Assembly: GCA_046583355.1 (NCBI GenBank)
Contig: JAYGCM010000073.1
Span: 1 to 64,000 of the forward strand
Direction of reading: 5' to 3'
Origin: Deltaproteobacteria bacterium
GTDB taxonomy: Bacteria; Desulfobacterota; Binatia; UBA12015
DNA: 64,000 nucleotides
Shown: piece after piece, positions 9,586 to 20,745 of the stretch
Numbering within the stretch: the stretch's first letter is position 1
How the letters are laid out: every line of letters begins with the position of its first letter
Notes under the pieces: generated by a model
What the model saw: the letters and a program-made list of their open reading frames with translations, nothing else
Told to the model about the DNA's origin: nothing
The model's database searches: none
Translations under genes and position numbers: made by a program

Positions 9586-10520
9586 CCACAAATAGCCGGG
9601 TGGCCGGGCGCAGGCGCGACCGCGAAGCGATCCGCCACCATTACGATATCTCCAACGAATTCTACCAATTATTTCTTGACTCAAGGATGCTCTATACCTG
9701 CGCCTGGTTCCGCGACCCGAACGCCAGCCTGGAGCAGGCACAACGCGACAAACTCGACCTCGTCTGCCGCAAATTACGCCTGCGCCCCGGCGACCGCCTG
9801 CTCGATATCGGCTGCGGCTGGGGCAGCTTGGCCCTATGGGCCGCCGAGCATTACGGGGCCGAGGTGCTCGGCGTGACGCTGGCCGAGGAGCAGGTGAAAT
9901 TTGCCCAGGCCCGCATCCGCGAGGCCGGGCTCGAGGATAGTTGCCGAGTCGAATATCGCGACTACCGCGACATCAAGCAAGAAACCAGCTTCGACAAAAT
10001 CGCCGCCATCGGCATCATCGAGCATATTGGCCGCGAAAACTACTCGTCGTATTTCGCCAAGGTCCATTCCCTGCTCAAGCCAGACGGCCTCTTCCTGAAC
10101 CACGGCATCACACGTATGCGCCATTGGAAGCATACGCCGCAATGGGACTACCTGATCGAGAACGTCTTTCCCGGCGGCGACCTGACCCATATTTCACACC
10201 TGATAGAAACCCTGGAAGACGAGCATTTCGACATTCTCGACGTCGAAAATCTGCGCCCCCATTACGCCCGCACCTGCGCCCTTTGGGCCGACCGCCTCAA
10301 GCAAAACGAAGCCGAGGCCACGGCCCTGGTCGGCGAGAAGACCTGCCGCATCTGGCGGCTCTACCTTGCCGCCTCCGCCGTCGCCTTCGAACAGGGCAGC
10401 ATCCACCTGCACCAGACCCTGGTCGCCAAGGCCATGCAGAACGCCACCACCACCCCGACCAGCCGAGAGGAACTCTACCGCGATTGGCCCGAACGCCCCG
10501 ATGCTACCAAGGGCCTCTAG
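9582..10520 (+). CDS. Cyclopropane-fatty-acyl-phospholipid synthase family SAM methyltransferase (catalytic domain only)
   Basis: Motifs AIRHHYDISNEFY, YTCAWF, LLDIGCGWG, IEHIG, VFPGG, HYARTCALW and WRLYL. Confidence 0.92.
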   Translation: MTTNSRVAGRRRDREAIRHHYDISNEFYQLFLDSRMLYTCAWFRDPNASLEQAQRDKLDLVCRKLRLRPGDRLLDIGCGWGSLALWAAEHYGAEVLGVTLAEEQVKFAQARIREAGLEDSCRVEYRDYRDIKQETSFDKIAAIGIIEHIGRENYSSYFAKVHSLLKPDGLFLNHGITRMRHWKHTPQWDYLIENVFPGGDLTHISHLIETLEDEHFDILDVENLRPHYARTCALWADRLKQNEAEATALVGEKTCRIWRLYLAASAVAFEQGSIHLHQTLVAKAMQNATTTPTSREELYRDWPERPDATKGL

Positions 10521-10566
10521 GTGCGGCGGAAAAGTTCCGGGCCCTTCGCGCGCAAAGGCTCGAACT

Positions 10567-11256
10567 TCAGGCCGGCGCACCGCGAGCGACGATATCTTCG
10601 TCGTAATAATCGAGCTTATGCAGCGGCATCACAACGCTGGTCAAGACGTTGGTGGCGTGAGCACCTATGCGTTTGTAGTAGCGCGAGCCGAGCGCCACAG
10701 CGGTGGCCGAGCCGGCGTCGTAGTCACTATGGGCGATGCGGACGAGCAAGGCGTCGCAACGCTGGCCCGTACTGCGGCCCTGCTCGATCAGCGTCAGCGC
10801 GCTCTCACGGTCGGCCTTGGAGAAGGCCGCAGCGGTGGCCGAACCGGCGGCCTCGACACTACTGCGAATCTCACGTAGCTCGGCAACGATCGCATCGTCA
10901 GCCAACGGCTTGACGCGAAAATCGTGGGCTTCGGTCAGGTTCTTGGCGTAGTCGCCGATACGCTCGACATCCTTCACCAGGCTCATGAGGAGCAAGCAAT
11001 AGGGCAGATCCGCATTATTGCCGCCCAGCGAGAGATGCTTGATCACCTGCTTGCGAATCTTGCGCTCGAGCTTGTTGACCTTCACGTCGCGGCGGTAGAT
11101 CTCCGTGCGCTCCTCCGGACTGCGCTCCTCGCGGAAGTAGATCTCGCCGGCGGCCACCGTGAGCTCGTGGGAGATCTCCAGCATCTCGGTGAAGTTACGG
11201 CCCATCTCCTCAAGGGGCGCAGTTACGCGAAACAGACTCAATAATTCACGAAGCAT
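10567..11256 (-). CDS. PhoU-domain protein
   Basis: Motifs D..VNKLERKIR, VKDVERIGDYAKN and YKRIGAHATN; helical PhoU repeats. Confidence 0.85.
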   Translation of the reverse strand: MLRELLSLFRVTAPLEEMGRNFTEMLEISHELTVAAGEIYFREERSPEERTEIYRRDVKVNKLERKIRKQVIKHLSLGGNNADLPYCLLLMSLVKDVERIGDYAKNLTEAHDFRVKPLADDAIVAELREIRSSVEAAGSATAAAFSKADRESALTLIEQGRSTGQRCDALLVRIAHSDYDAGSATAVALGSRYYKRIGAHATNVLTSVVMPLHKLDYYDEDIVARGAPA

Positions 11257-11271
11257 AGAGGTCTCCCGGGC

Positions 11272-12444
11272 CTAGCCCAGCATCTGATCCAGCGCCGCAA
11301 AGAACGCCGGTACCAGGTAGAATAGCACGAGAACATAAAAAACCGCCCATTGCCGCGACTCGACGGCCGCCTCGCCCAACCAACGCGCCGCGCGCATCGG
11401 CAGCATGCGGATCCGCTTCACGGGGTAGATCATGGCGGTAGCCGTGACGTTGAAGAGCAGGTGCACCAAGGCAATCGTGATGCCGGCCTCGGCATTGACG
11501 CCGGTGACGGCCAACGCCGCGAGCAAGGCTGTGATGGTGGTACCGATATTGGCGCCGATGGTGATCGGGAAGGCCTGCTTCAAGGTGATCACGCCAGCAC
11601 CGGCGAGCGGAATCAATAGCGAGGTGGTGATCGAACTCGATTGCACCATGACCGTCACCACGACACCGACAAACATAGAAAGAATCGCCGGCTGACCGAG
11701 ACCACGCGAGACCAGAGACTCGACCCGGCTCTCGGTCGCGGCGCGCATCACGCGCACCAGCAGCATCAAGGCGACGAGGATCAGGCTGATCGAGAAGACG
11801 ATCATCAGCACGGCCTGGATACGGCCGGGTGGGGCCACCGCGGCGAACAGATCCTGCACCGGCCGCAGCCCGGCTTTCAGCGCGCCCTTGACCGGGCTCT
11901 GATAATGCATACCGCCGAAATCGGTCACAAAGCCGGCGAGAAACTCGGCCGAATGGCGCAGGAAGCCGGTCATCATCTCCAGCGGCAGCAGAATGCCGAC
12001 CGCCATGAAGTTGAAAAAGTCGTGGCAGATCGCCACCGGAAAGGCGCGGCGGAACTCTTCGGGCCGGGCAATATGCCCGATCGAGACGATGGTATTGGTC
12101 ACAGTCGTGCCAATATTCGCGCCCATGATCATCGGCACGGCATTGGCGAGCGGCAGCGGATTCTCCGGCGCTGCGACGAGACCGACGATCAACGAAGTCG
12201 ATACCGAGGAACTCTGCACCAGCGTGGTGGCCAGAATCCCGACCATCAAGGCCGTGAACGGATTCTCCGTAGCGGCGAAGAAAGTCTCCAGGACGCCATG
12301 CCCGAGCGATTTGAACCCGGCACCGAGGCCGTTCACGCCGAGCAGGAAGAAGAAAAGCAGCCCGAGCACCATCGCCGCCCGGACGAGCGGGTGCGGCCCG
12401 TCTCCGCGGGCCGGAGTCGCTGCTGCAGGCGATTGAATGCTCAA
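11272..12444 (-). CDS. Na+/Pi cotransporter (SLC34/NptA family)
   Basis: Duplicated QSSS and GANIGTT motifs. TTG start at 12444 with GAGG RBS. Confidence 0.92.
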   Translation of the reverse strand: MSIQSPAAATPARGDGPHPLVRAAMVLGLLFFFLLGVNGLGAGFKSLGHGVLETFFAATENPFTALMVGILATTLVQSSSVSTSLIVGLVAAPENPLPLANAVPMIMGANIGTTVTNTIVSIGHIARPEEFRRAFPVAICHDFFNFMAVGILLPLEMMTGFLRHSAEFLAGFVTDFGGMHYQSPVKGALKAGLRPVQDLFAAVAPPGRIQAVLMIVFSISLILVALMLLVRVMRAATESRVESLVSRGLGQPAILSMFVGVVVTVMVQSSSITTSLLIPLAGAGVITLKQAFPITIGANIGTTITALLAALAVTGVNAEAGITIALVHLLFNVTATAMIYPVKRIRMLPMRAARWLGEAAVESRQWAVFYVLVLFYLVPAFFAALDQMLG

Positions 12445-12628
12445 TGAAAATTCCTCTTCGCAGGGCGGGACGGCGATTCGGCCAGCCAAGCCACCCGTGC
12501 GATACCGCAGGGAGCAAAGGTCGTGGCCGATAAGGGCATCGGCTGGGGTCGTACCCTTCGCGGCGAGACAGTCAAGCCTCGGGAGCCGATTTTGACAGGT
12601 GGCCGTCCGGATACTACCCATTGCCTGC

Positions 12629-13246
12629 ATGAGCAACGAACCGAAGGCGAAGAATATTGTATGGCATCCTGGCGACGTTTCGCGTGAAGCGCGTCAGGCC
12701 AAGACAGGGCAGCGCGGCTGTACGATGTGGTTCACGGGCCTCTCGGGCTCGGGCAAATCCACCGTCGCCGTGGCGCTGGAGAAAGCATTATGGGACCGCG
12801 GCGTGGTCTCCTACATCCTTGATGGTGACAACGTCCGGCACGGCCTGAACAAGGACCTCGGCTTCTCGCCGGCCGACCGCACCGAGAATATCCGCCGTAT
12901 CGGCGAGGTTGCGAACCTCTTCACCGACTCCGGCGTGGTCAACCTCACCGCCTTCATCTCCCCTTACCGCGCCGACCGCGACGTGGTCCGCGAAACGATG
13001 GAAGACGGCGACTTCATTGAAGTCCACGTCGATTGCCCCCTCGAAGAATGCGAGAAGCGCGACGTGAAGGGCCTCTACAAGAAGGCCCGCGCCGGCGAGA
13101 TCCCCGAGTTCACCGGCATCTCGGCCCCCTATGAGGCGCCCGAGAACGCCGAGATCACCCTCAAAACGGGCGATCTGGCTATCGATGAGAGCGTCGCGGT
13201 CTGCCTCGAATACCTCGAGGCCAAGGGCTACATCGCCAAGGCTTGA
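12629..13246 (+). CDS. cysC: Adenylyl-sulfate kinase
   Basis: Motifs [44 protein letters not shown] and FTGISAPYE. Confidence 0.96.
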   Translation: MSNEPKAKNIVWHPGDVSREARQAKTGQRGCTMWFTGLSGSGKSTVAVALEKALWDRGVVSYILDGDNVRHGLNKDLGFSPADRTENIRRIGEVANLFTDSGVVNLTAFISPYRADRDVVRETMEDGDFIEVHVDCPLEECEKRDVKGLYKKARAGEIPEFTGISAPYEAPENAEITLKTGDLAIDESVAVCLEYLEAKGYIAKA

Positions 13247-13264
13247 GCTTTGGGACCGGCGGCG

Positions 13265-13951
13265 ATGCCTGACGTAATCGACATCGCCACCATCGGCGAG
13301 GACGTCCCCCTTCTCGAAGGGATCCGGACGTCCTGCGCCGTCCGGCGCCTTTTGCCGGAGCCCGTACCCGCCGCGCTGATCCGCAAGGTCTGCGAAGCCG
13401 GGACTTTCGCGCCCAGCGGCGGCAACCGCCAGCCCTGGTCCTTCATCGCCGTGACTGAGCCCGCGCGCCGGGCGTGGGTGGCCGAGCGCTACCGCAAGGT
13501 CTTCGACGCCTATATCGCGCCGGGCATCGAAGCCTCCCGCAAGGGGGCCTTCGACGAGACCAAACGCAAAATCCTCGGCGGAGCCGTCCACTTGGCCGCG
13601 CATCTCCACGAAGCACCCGTCTTGCTCTTTGTCGCAGGCTGGAAGCGCCGGGGCCAAGAGCAAGAACAGGCGCTCTTTCCCGCCATCGAGAATATTCTAC
13701 TCGCCTGCCGTGCGGTCGGATTGGGGGCGTCCCTGACCACCCTCACCCGCTCCTTCCGCGACGAACTCGACCCCTGGCTCGGGCTGCCGCCCGAACAGCC
13801 CAGCTGCGCCATGCTACCGATCGGCTGGCCGAAGGTGCCGCACCGCAAACCCATCCGCCGCAGCATCGACGATTGTCTGCATTTCGAAACATTCGACGTG
13901 GCTCGCGACGGCTCCCGCCGCGACCGCCCCGCCGCTCAGGAGACTTCATGA
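13265..13951 (+). CDS. Nitroreductase family protein
   Basis: Motifs [30 protein letters not shown] and PIGWP. Confidence 0.9.
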   Translation: MPDVIDIATIGEDVPLLEGIRTSCAVRRLLPEPVPAALIRKVCEAGTFAPSGGNRQPWSFIAVTEPARRAWVAERYRKVFDAYIAPGIEASRKGAFDETKRKILGGAVHLAAHLHEAPVLLFVAGWKRRGQEQEQALFPAIENILLACRAVGLGASLTTLTRSFRDELDPWLGLPPEQPSCAMLPIGWPKVPHRKPIRRSIDDCLHFETFDVARDGSRRDRPAAQETS

Positions 13952-14901
13952 TGTCCGAGACCCACAAGGTCGTGATCCTCGGTTCCGGCCCCGCCGGCCT
14001 CACCGCCGCGCTCTATGCCGCGCGAGCCGACCTCTCTCCCGTCATCGTTGACGGCGCCCAGCCGGGCGGCCAGTTGACGATCACCACGGATGTCGAGAAC
14101 TACCCCGGCTTTCCCGAAGGCGTGATGGGCCCAGAGCTGGTCGAACTCTTCCGTAAACAAGCCGAACGCTTCGGAACGAAATTCATCAATGCCAGCGTGA
14201 CCGAGGTCGACACCACCAACCGCCCCTTCGAGCTGACCGTCGAAGGCGGCGAGCCGATCTTCGCCGAAACACTCATTATTTCAACCGGCGCCACAGCCCG
14301 GCTGCTCGGCTTGCCCTCGGAGGATGAATTGATGGGCTTCGGCGTGTCGGCGTGTGCCACCTGCGACGGCTTCTTTTTCAAGGAGAAAGATGTCCTGATC
14401 GTGGGCGGGGGCGATACCGCGATGGAAGAAGCTTTGTTTCTGACAAAATTCGCCGCGAAGGTCCGGGTCGTCCACCGCCGCGACGAGCTGCGCGCCTCGC
14501 GCATCATGCAGGACAGGGCGCTGGCCAACGACAAAATCGAATTCGTCTGGAATGCCACCATCGAGAAGATCCTCGGCACGAGGCAAAGCGGTGTCACCGG
14601 CGTCATCCTCAAAGACACGCAAAGCGGCGAGACCCGCGAGACGCCGACCGATGGCGTCTTCATGGCGATCGGCCACAAGCCCAATACGCAGATCTTCGCC
14701 GGCAAACTCGATATGGACGATGTCGGCTACCTCAATACCGAGGGCAAGAGCACGAAGACCAACGTGCCCGGCATCTTTGCTGCCGGCGATGTGCAGGACT
14801 CGGTCTACCGCCAGGCCATCACGGCCGCCGGCTCGGGTTGCTCTGCTGCGATGGACGCCGAGCGCTTCCTCGAAGCACTCGGTCACGCAAAGGAAGGATG
14901 A
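13948..14901 (+). CDS. trxB: Thioredoxin-disulfide reductase
   Basis: Motifs [34 protein letters not shown] and [10 protein letters not shown]. Confidence 0.96.
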   Translation: MMSETHKVVILGSGPAGLTAALYAARADLSPVIVDGAQPGGQLTITTDVENYPGFPEGVMGPELVELFRKQAERFGTKFINASVTEVDTTNRPFELTVEGGEPIFAETLIISTGATARLLGLPSEDELMGFGVSACATCDGFFFKEKDVLIVGGGDTAMEEALFLTKFAAKVRVVHRRDELRASRIMQDRALANDKIEFVWNATIEKILGTRQSGVTGVILKDTQSGETRETPTDGVFMAIGHKPNTQIFAGKLDMDDVGYLNTEGKSTKTNVPGIFAAGDVQDSVYRQAITAAGSGCSAAMDAERFLEALGHAKEG

Positions 14902-14905
14902 AAGC

Positions 14906-15931
14906 ATGGCAGGCTCAGAGATAGGCACCACGCTCACACATAAAATACTGATCGAAGAACGGGCTCATGCCAAGCGCACAGGAGAGTCGCCCACCGGCGT
15001 CTTCTCCGAGTTGCTCAACCAGATCGCGGTTGCCGGCAAGATCATCTCGGCCGAGGTGAATATGGCCGGGCTCGCCGATATCCTCGGACTCGCCGGGCGC
15101 ACGAATATCCAGGGCGAAGCGGTGATGAAACTCGACCTCTTCGCCGACAATACCCTCATCGAATTGCTGCGCCGCTCCGGCCATGTCTGCATCATGGCCT
15201 CCGAAGAAGTCGACACGGCTATCGACGTGCCACCGCCGCATCTGCCGGGCGAATACGCACTTGCCTTCGACCCGCTTGACGGCTCATCCAATATCGACGT
15301 CAACGTCAGTATCGGGACGATTTTCTCGATCCACCGCCGCCGCTCCCCGGCCGGCACCATGGGCCAGGACTCCGACCTGCTGCGCCGCGGCGCGGAGCTC
15401 GCCGGCGCGGGCTATATCATCTACGGCTCGTCCACCATGCTGGTCTATACGACGGGCCATGGCGTGCATGGCTTCACCCTCGACCCTTCCATAGGAGAGT
15501 TCCTGCTCTCGCATGAGAATATCCGCATTCCGGAAAAATGCGGCATCTACAGCGTAAACGAAGGCAATGCGGCAACCTGGAGCGAGGGCACGCGCGGCTT
15601 CGTCGACCATGTGAAGAACAAGGGCGACGACGCCCTCTCGGGCATGAAGTCGCGCTATATCGGCTCGCTGGTCGCCGACTTCCATCGCAACCTGCTCAAG
15701 GGTGGCGTCTTCCTCTACCCCGCCGACCAGGCCACCGGAAATGGAAAACTTCGCTTGCTCTACGAGGCCTCGCCGCTCGCCTTCATCGCCGCGGCCGCCG
15801 GCGGCTACGCGTCCACCGGCAAACAGGCTATTCTCGATATCGACCCCGAAGACCTGCACCAGCGCGTGCCGCTCATCATCGGCAACCGCAACGCAGTCGA
15901 GAAATACGAGCGCGCCATCGCCGGCGAATAG
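14906..15931 (+). CDS. fbp: Class 1 fructose-1,6-bisphosphatase
   Basis: Motifs FDPLDGSSNIDVNVSIGTIFS, RYIGSLVADFHRNLLKGG and KLRLLYEA. Confidence 0.96.
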   Translation: MAGSEIGTTLTHKILIEERAHAKRTGESPTGVFSELLNQIAVAGKIISAEVNMAGLADILGLAGRTNIQGEAVMKLDLFADNTLIELLRRSGHVCIMASEEVDTAIDVPPPHLPGEYALAFDPLDGSSNIDVNVSIGTIFSIHRRRSPAGTMGQDSDLLRRGAELAGAGYIIYGSSTMLVYTTGHGVHGFTLDPSIGEFLLSHENIRIPEKCGIYSVNEGNAATWSEGTRGFVDHVKNKGDDALSGMKSRYIGSLVADFHRNLLKGGVFLYPADQATGNGKLRLLYEASPLAFIAAAAGGYASTGKQAILDIDPEDLHQRVPLIIGNRNAVEKYERAIAGE

Positions 15932-15973
15932 CCGCCGCTTACAAGCATAGAAAAAATAAAGGAGCCCGATATC

Positions 15974-17563
15974 ATGCTCGATGCAGATCGCGTCGCCCGT
16001 TTTCAATTTGCCGGCCAGGATATTCCGTGGCTTCTGCGCCATTGGGCCACCCATAAGCCCGACCACCCGGTGCTGATCTGGGAGCCCAAGGACGGTGCCG
16101 ACAAGCGCTGGACCTACAAGGAGTTCGACGAGCAGACCTCACAACTCGCCGCCGGCCTGGCAGCCAAAGGCGTGCGGCTGGGCGACAAGGTGCTGATCCA
16201 TTGCGACAACTCACCCGAGATGGTGCTGGCCTGGTATGCCTGCGCGAAGCTCGGCGCGGTCGGCGTGACGACCAATACGCGCTCGGTCGCGGCCGAGATC
16301 GAGTATTTCGCCGGCCATACGAATTGCGTCGGTGCGATCACCCAACCGCAATACGCCAAGCGAATTCAGACAAGCGCCAAGGGACTCGGCTGGATCGTCG
16401 TCACCGAAGACAATAGCGGCGTGGCGGCCAGCGCGGACGAAGCGGCACACGGCCTGCCCGCCTTTGCCACGCTCTACGGCAAGGCTGCCGACGCGCCCAA
16501 GCGCGACGCCGAACCGATGCTACCCGCCGGCATCCTGTTTACCTCGGGCACGACCTCGCGGCCCAAAGCCGTCGTGCATACCCACGCCAACGCACTCTGG
16601 GCCGGCCGCCAGGGCTCGGCCAATCTCGAGATGGAAACCGACGACACCTACCTCATCTACCTGCCCTTCTTTCATGTGAACGCGCAAAGTTGGTCGATGT
16701 GGACCACGCTCGGCGTCGGCGGCACGATCGTATTGCAACCGAAGTTCTCTGCCAGCCGCTTCTGGGAAGTGATCGCCAAGCATTCGGTCACGCATATCTC
16801 GCTGATCCCCTTTGTCTTCAAAGCCGTGGGAGGCCAGCCGGTGCCGGACCATACGGTGAAGGTCGGCGCCTTCGGCCTGGTGATGCCCGAGCTGGACGCC
16901 TGGTTGAAGATGCGGGTGGCACCCTTCTGGGGCATGACCGAGACGGTCATCCATTCTACCCGCACCGACACCAAACAGCATTTCCCCAACGGCACGATGG
17001 GCAAACCCACGCCGGGCTACGAATTCGCGATCGTCAACCCGGATACCGGCGAACTCTGTGACGACGGATCGATTGGTGAACTACTGGTGCGCGGCACCCG
17101 TGGCGTGCAGCTCTTCCTCGAATATTACGACAACGAAGAGGCCATGCAGAAGGCCTTCACGGAAGACGGCTGGTTCCGTACGGGCGATATGGTCCGCCTG
17201 GGCGAAGAGGGCTGCTTCTATTATTGCGACCGCGACAAGGACGCCCTCAAGGTCGGCGGCGAGAACGTCTCGGCCAAGGAAGTAGAAGATATCTGCCGCA
17301 GCGTGCCGGGCGTGAGCGATATCGCCATTGTCGGCCGCTCGCATGAGATGCTCGATATGGTCCCGGTCGCCTTCGTCATCAAGACACCCGACGCGCCGAC
17401 CGACGAGGAACTGAGCGCGGCGATCCTGGCAGCCTGCAAAGAGAACCTGGCCGACTTCAAGGTTCCGCGCGCGGCCTGGTTTGTCGAAGAATTCCCCCGC
17501 GCCCTGCTCGACAAGGTTGCCAAGAACAAGCTGCGCGAGATGGCCGAAGAGCGCGAGATCTAG
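15974..17563 (+). CDS. AMP-binding acyl-CoA ligase (CaiC-like)
   Basis: Motifs FTSGTTSRPK, WGMTE, GWFRTGD, KVGGENVS and FKVPR; AAGGAG RBS. Confidence 0.9.
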   Translation: MLDADRVARFQFAGQDIPWLLRHWATHKPDHPVLIWEPKDGADKRWTYKEFDEQTSQLAAGLAAKGVRLGDKVLIHCDNSPEMVLAWYACAKLGAVGVTTNTRSVAAEIEYFAGHTNCVGAITQPQYAKRIQTSAKGLGWIVVTEDNSGVAASADEAAHGLPAFATLYGKAADAPKRDAEPMLPAGILFTSGTTSRPKAVVHTHANALWAGRQGSANLEMETDDTYLIYLPFFHVNAQSWSMWTTLGVGGTIVLQPKFSASRFWEVIAKHSVTHISLIPFVFKAVGGQPVPDHTVKVGAFGLVMPELDAWLKMRVAPFWGMTETVIHSTRTDTKQHFPNGTMGKPTPGYEFAIVNPDTGELCDDGSIGELLVRGTRGVQLFLEYYDNEEAMQKAFTEDGWFRTGDMVRLGEEGCFYYCDRDKDALKVGGENVSAKEVEDICRSVPGVSDIAIVGRSHEMLDMVPVAFVIKTPDAPTDEELSAAILAACKENLADFKVPRAAWFVEEFPRALLDKVAKNKLREMAEEREI

Positions 17564-17592
17564 AGAAGCAAGAGAAGACCGATGGGCGCGGT

Positions 17593-18582
17593 TCAACTCG
17601 GAGCTGCGTCGTCGGTCGCCTCCTGCAAGGTCAGCGGGCGCAGCCCCTGGAATTCGGCCTCACGGACGGCACAATCTTCGAGGTCACATTCGGCGCAATA
17701 ATGGCGCTCGCAGGGGTCGATATGCAACGCCACGTCGCCGTCAATCGCTGCTTCTTCCAGGAGTCGCTTCTCCAGAGCGTTGGCCCGGCCGTGCGCGTCT
17801 TCGACCGACCAGAACTCCGGCACGATGAGATGCGCATCAATATGCGTGACCGACCCGGCGCGAATCGCGCGCAGATGGTGCAGGCGGATCAATCCCGGGC
17901 GACGTGACGTGCTGAAGACATCGACAATACGGCCCAGCAGGGACGGGTCGATTTCATCGAGCAACGCACCCGCCCCCTCGCGCACCAACCGGTAGCCTGT
18001 CACGGCCAGATTGACTGCGACCAGCATCGCCGCGATGGGATCGGCCGCGGTAAAGCCCGTCAGCCGCACGATGCCAAGGCCGACCAAGACGCCAATGGTC
18101 GTCTTGAAATCGGCGAGCACGTGCCGACCGTCAGCGATCAGCGCGACCGAGCCATGCGTCTGGCCGGTGCGGATCAGAAAAGCACCGAGGAGCGCGTTGG
18201 CCGTGCCGGTGGCGACGGTCAGGGCGAGACCGAAATCGAGCGCTGCGACCTCCGGCCCGAGCCAGAGGTCGCGCGCGGCATAGGCGGCCGTGAGGATGGC
18301 GGCGATCGCAATCAGGCCGCCTTCGAAGACCGCACTGAGATGTTCGATCTTGCCGTGGCCATAGGGGTGCTCGCGGTCCGGGGGCTCGCGCGAGAAGAGG
18401 ATCGCGCCGAGGCTGAAGCTGGCTGCGACCACATTGGTCAGCCCCTCGAAAGCATCGCTGAGAATCGCCGACGAGCCCGTTGCCTGGTAGGCGACTGCCT
18501 TGCCCAGCACGATCGCTGTGCCCGCCAAAACCGAGACGATCCCGGCAACCACCCGCGGGTCGCGGGGCTGGCCGACCTTCAT
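17593..18582 (-). CDS. Cation diffusion facilitator transporter
   Basis: Motifs [33 protein letters not shown] and HIDAHL; Cys-rich tail. Confidence 0.92.
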   Translation of the reverse strand: MKVGQPRDPRVVAGIVSVLAGTAIVLGKAVAYQATGSSAILSDAFEGLTNVVAASFSLGAILFSREPPDREHPYGHGKIEHLSAVFEGGLIAIAAILTAAYAARDLWLGPEVAALDFGLALTVATGTANALLGAFLIRTGQTHGSVALIADGRHVLADFKTTIGVLVGLGIVRLTGFTAADPIAAMLVAVNLAVTGYRLVREGAGALLDEIDPSLLGRIVDVFSTSRRPGLIRLHHLRAIRAGSVTHIDAHLIVPEFWSVEDAHGRANALEKRLLEEAAIDGDVALHIDPCERHYCAECDLEDCAVREAEFQGLRPLTLQEATDDAAPS

Positions 18583-19346
18583 TCGTCCACCGGACGCACC
18601 GCAATGCCGCGCCCGCGGAGGTATTCTTTGCAGGTTCCGATCTCAATCTCGCGATAATGAAAGATCGAGGCCGCGAGCACGGCGCTCGCATGTCCCTCGG
18701 CCAGCGCGTCGTAGAGATGCTCGACGGTGCCCGCACCGCCCGAGGCGATCACAGGGACGCTCACCGCATCGGCGACCGCCCGCGTGAGCGCGATATCATA
18801 ACCCGCCTTGGTGCCGTCGCAGTCCATGCTGGTGAGCAGAATCTCGCCGGCACCACCTTCGGCAAGCCGGGTCGCCCACTCGACCGCATCGAGTCCTGTG
18901 CGGTTGCGGCCGCCGTGGGTGAAGACCTCCCAGCGACTGTTCTCGACGCGCTTGGCATCGATGGCGACAACGACGCATTGGGTACCGAATTTCTCGGCCG
19001 CGCGCGTCACCAGCTCCGGCTCCGAGACCGCCGCCGTATTCATCGAGACCTTGTCCGCACCCGCAGCCAGAAGAATCCGGATATCTTCGAGTGCGCGGAC
19101 GCCGCCGCCAACCGTAAGCGGCATGAAGCAACGTTCGGCCGTCTCGCGCACCACGTCGAGCATGATTTCGCGCTCTTCATGCGAAGCCGTGATATCGAGA
19201 AAGGTGAGCTCGTCGGCACCTTCGGCGTCATAGCGCTCCGCTACCTCGACGGGGTCGCCGGCGTCACGCAGGCCGACAAATTCGACCCCTTTCACCACCC
19301 GCCCGCCCTTCACATCGAGGCAGGGGATAATTCTCTTCGCCAGCAT
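18579..19346 (-). CDS. hisF: Imidazole glycerol phosphate synthase cyclase subunit
   Basis: [33 protein letters not shown] and [17 protein letters not shown]. Confidence 0.97.
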   Translation of the reverse strand: MLAKRIIPCLDVKGGRVVKGVEFVGLRDAGDPVEVAERYDAEGADELTFLDITASHEEREIMLDVVRETAERCFMPLTVGGGVRALEDIRILLAAGADKVSMNTAAVSEPELVTRAAEKFGTQCVVVAIDAKRVENSRWEVFTHGGRNRTGLDAVEWATRLAEGGAGEILLTSMDCDGTKAGYDIALTRAVADAVSVPVIASGGAGTVEHLYDALAEGHASAVLAASIFHYREIEIGTCKEYLRGRGIAVRPVDE

Positions 19347-20092
19347 CAGCGCTCGCCCGCGGCTATGCGCACGGCTTCGGCCAGGTCGATATGCCCCTCG
19401 TAGAGAGCGCGGCCGATGATGATACCGCAAAGGTTGGCGCCGGCGTCGAAAGCCGCGCGCGACAGGCGCACATCTTCCACAGTCGCGACACCACCCGAGA
19501 CAATCACCGGCACTGCATGCTGCGCGGCGAAAGCCATGGTGCCGTCAATGCTCGCGCCCTCGCCGGTGCCATCACGGGAAATATCGGTGTAGATGATGGC
19601 CGTCGCGCCGGCGTGCTCGGCGACCTTGGCTACCTCAACCGAAGTCACCGTCTCTTCTTCGAGCCAGCCTTCGGTGGCGACCTTGCCGGCGCGCTCGTCG
19701 ATACCCACCGCGATATGGCCCGGCCAGCGCGCACACGCAGTCGCCACCAGCTCGGGATCGCGTGCCGCAGCCGTGCCGAGGATCGCCCGGTCGGCGCCCG
19801 CATCGAGCACTGACGCGATCGCGTCGAGGTCGCGCAGGCCACCGCCGACCTGCACCGGAATGGAGAGAGCCTTGCAGATCGCGCCGATCACCGAGCCGTG
19901 CTGGCGCGATCCGCTCGCTGCGCCGTCCAGGTCGACCACATGCAGACGCGCCCCGCCGGCGGCCTCCCAACGCTGCGCCATCGCCACGGGGTCGTCGCCA
20001 TATTGCTTCTCGCGGGCGAAATCGCCCTTGGTCAGGCGCACGCATCTGCCCCCGCGCAGATCGATCGCCGGCAAAACCTCGAAACTTCTCAT
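19346..20092 (-). CDS. hisA: ProFAR isomerase
   Basis: Motifs [29 protein letters not shown] and YTDISRDG. Confidence 0.96.
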   Translation of the reverse strand: MRSFEVLPAIDLRGGRCVRLTKGDFAREKQYGDDPVAMAQRWEAAGGARLHVVDLDGAASGSRQHGSVIGAICKALSIPVQVGGGLRDLDAIASVLDAGADRAILGTAAARDPELVATACARWPGHIAVGIDERAGKVATEGWLEEETVTSVEVAKVAEHAGATAIIYTDISRDGTGEGASIDGTMAFAAQHAVPVIVSGGVATVEDVRLSRAAFDAGANLCGIIIGRALYEGHIDLAEAVRIAAGER

Positions 20093-20745
20093 GCTTGCTC
20101 CACATGCGGCGCGCGGCCGGCCACCCTGGCGACAAAGCCACGCAGCAGGTGGATGCCCGCCGCCTGGCTTTTCTCGGGATGGAATTGCGTAGCGAAAATA
20201 TTTCCCCGCCCGACCGCCGCGACGATGGTCTCGCCGCCGTATTCAGTGGTTGCCGCAACCAGAGTATCCTCGGCTGGCTGCACGGCGTAAGAGTGAACAA
20301 AATAAAAATATTCGCCCGCACGCGTCTCGTCCAGAACCGGGAAGCCCGGCCGCGTCGCAATCGCGTTCCAGCCCATATGCGGGATCGGCACACCGCTCGC
20401 GCGCAGCTTCGCCACCCGACCCGGCAGGATGCCCAGCCCGGCCACCGGGCCGAACTCATCAGACTCCTCGAAGAGGATCTGCATGCCGACGCAGATGCCG
20501 AGAAAATGCCGCCCGGACCCCGCCGCATCCACTACCGCGGCCGCCAGCCCCGACTCCTCAAGGCTCTGCATGCAGGCCCCGAACGCACCGACGCCGGGCA
20601 AGACCACGGCTGCGGCCGACTCCAGATCGGCGAGCTGGCTGGTTACCCGAACCTCCAAGGAGAGCCCCTCTTCGGCGGCCGCGCGCTCGAGTCCCTTGGC
20701 CGCACTGCGCAGATTGCCGACTCCGTAGTCGACAATCGCGATCAC
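20089..20745 (-). CDS. hisH: Imidazole glycerol phosphate synthase glutaminase subunit
   Basis: Motifs IVDYGVGNLRS, LPGVGAF, LGICVGMQ, PHMGWN and QFHPEKS. Confidence 0.96.
   Translation of the reverse strand: MIAIVDYGVGNLRSAAKGLERAAAEEGLSLEVRVTSQLADLESAAAVVLPGVGAFGACMQSLEESGLAAAVVDAAGSGRHFLGICVGMQILFEESDEFGPVAGLGILPGRVAKLRASGVPIPHMGWNAIATRPGFPVLDETRAGEYFYFVHSYAVQPAEDTLVAATTEYGGETIVAAVGRGNIFATQFHPEKSQAAGIHLLRGFVARVAGRAPHVEQA

Noticed and set aside
12560..12600. Possible PHO box upstream of the Na/Pi transporter
   Set aside because: The two CTGTC-like half-sites are 27 nt apart, not the 11-nt periodicity expected.
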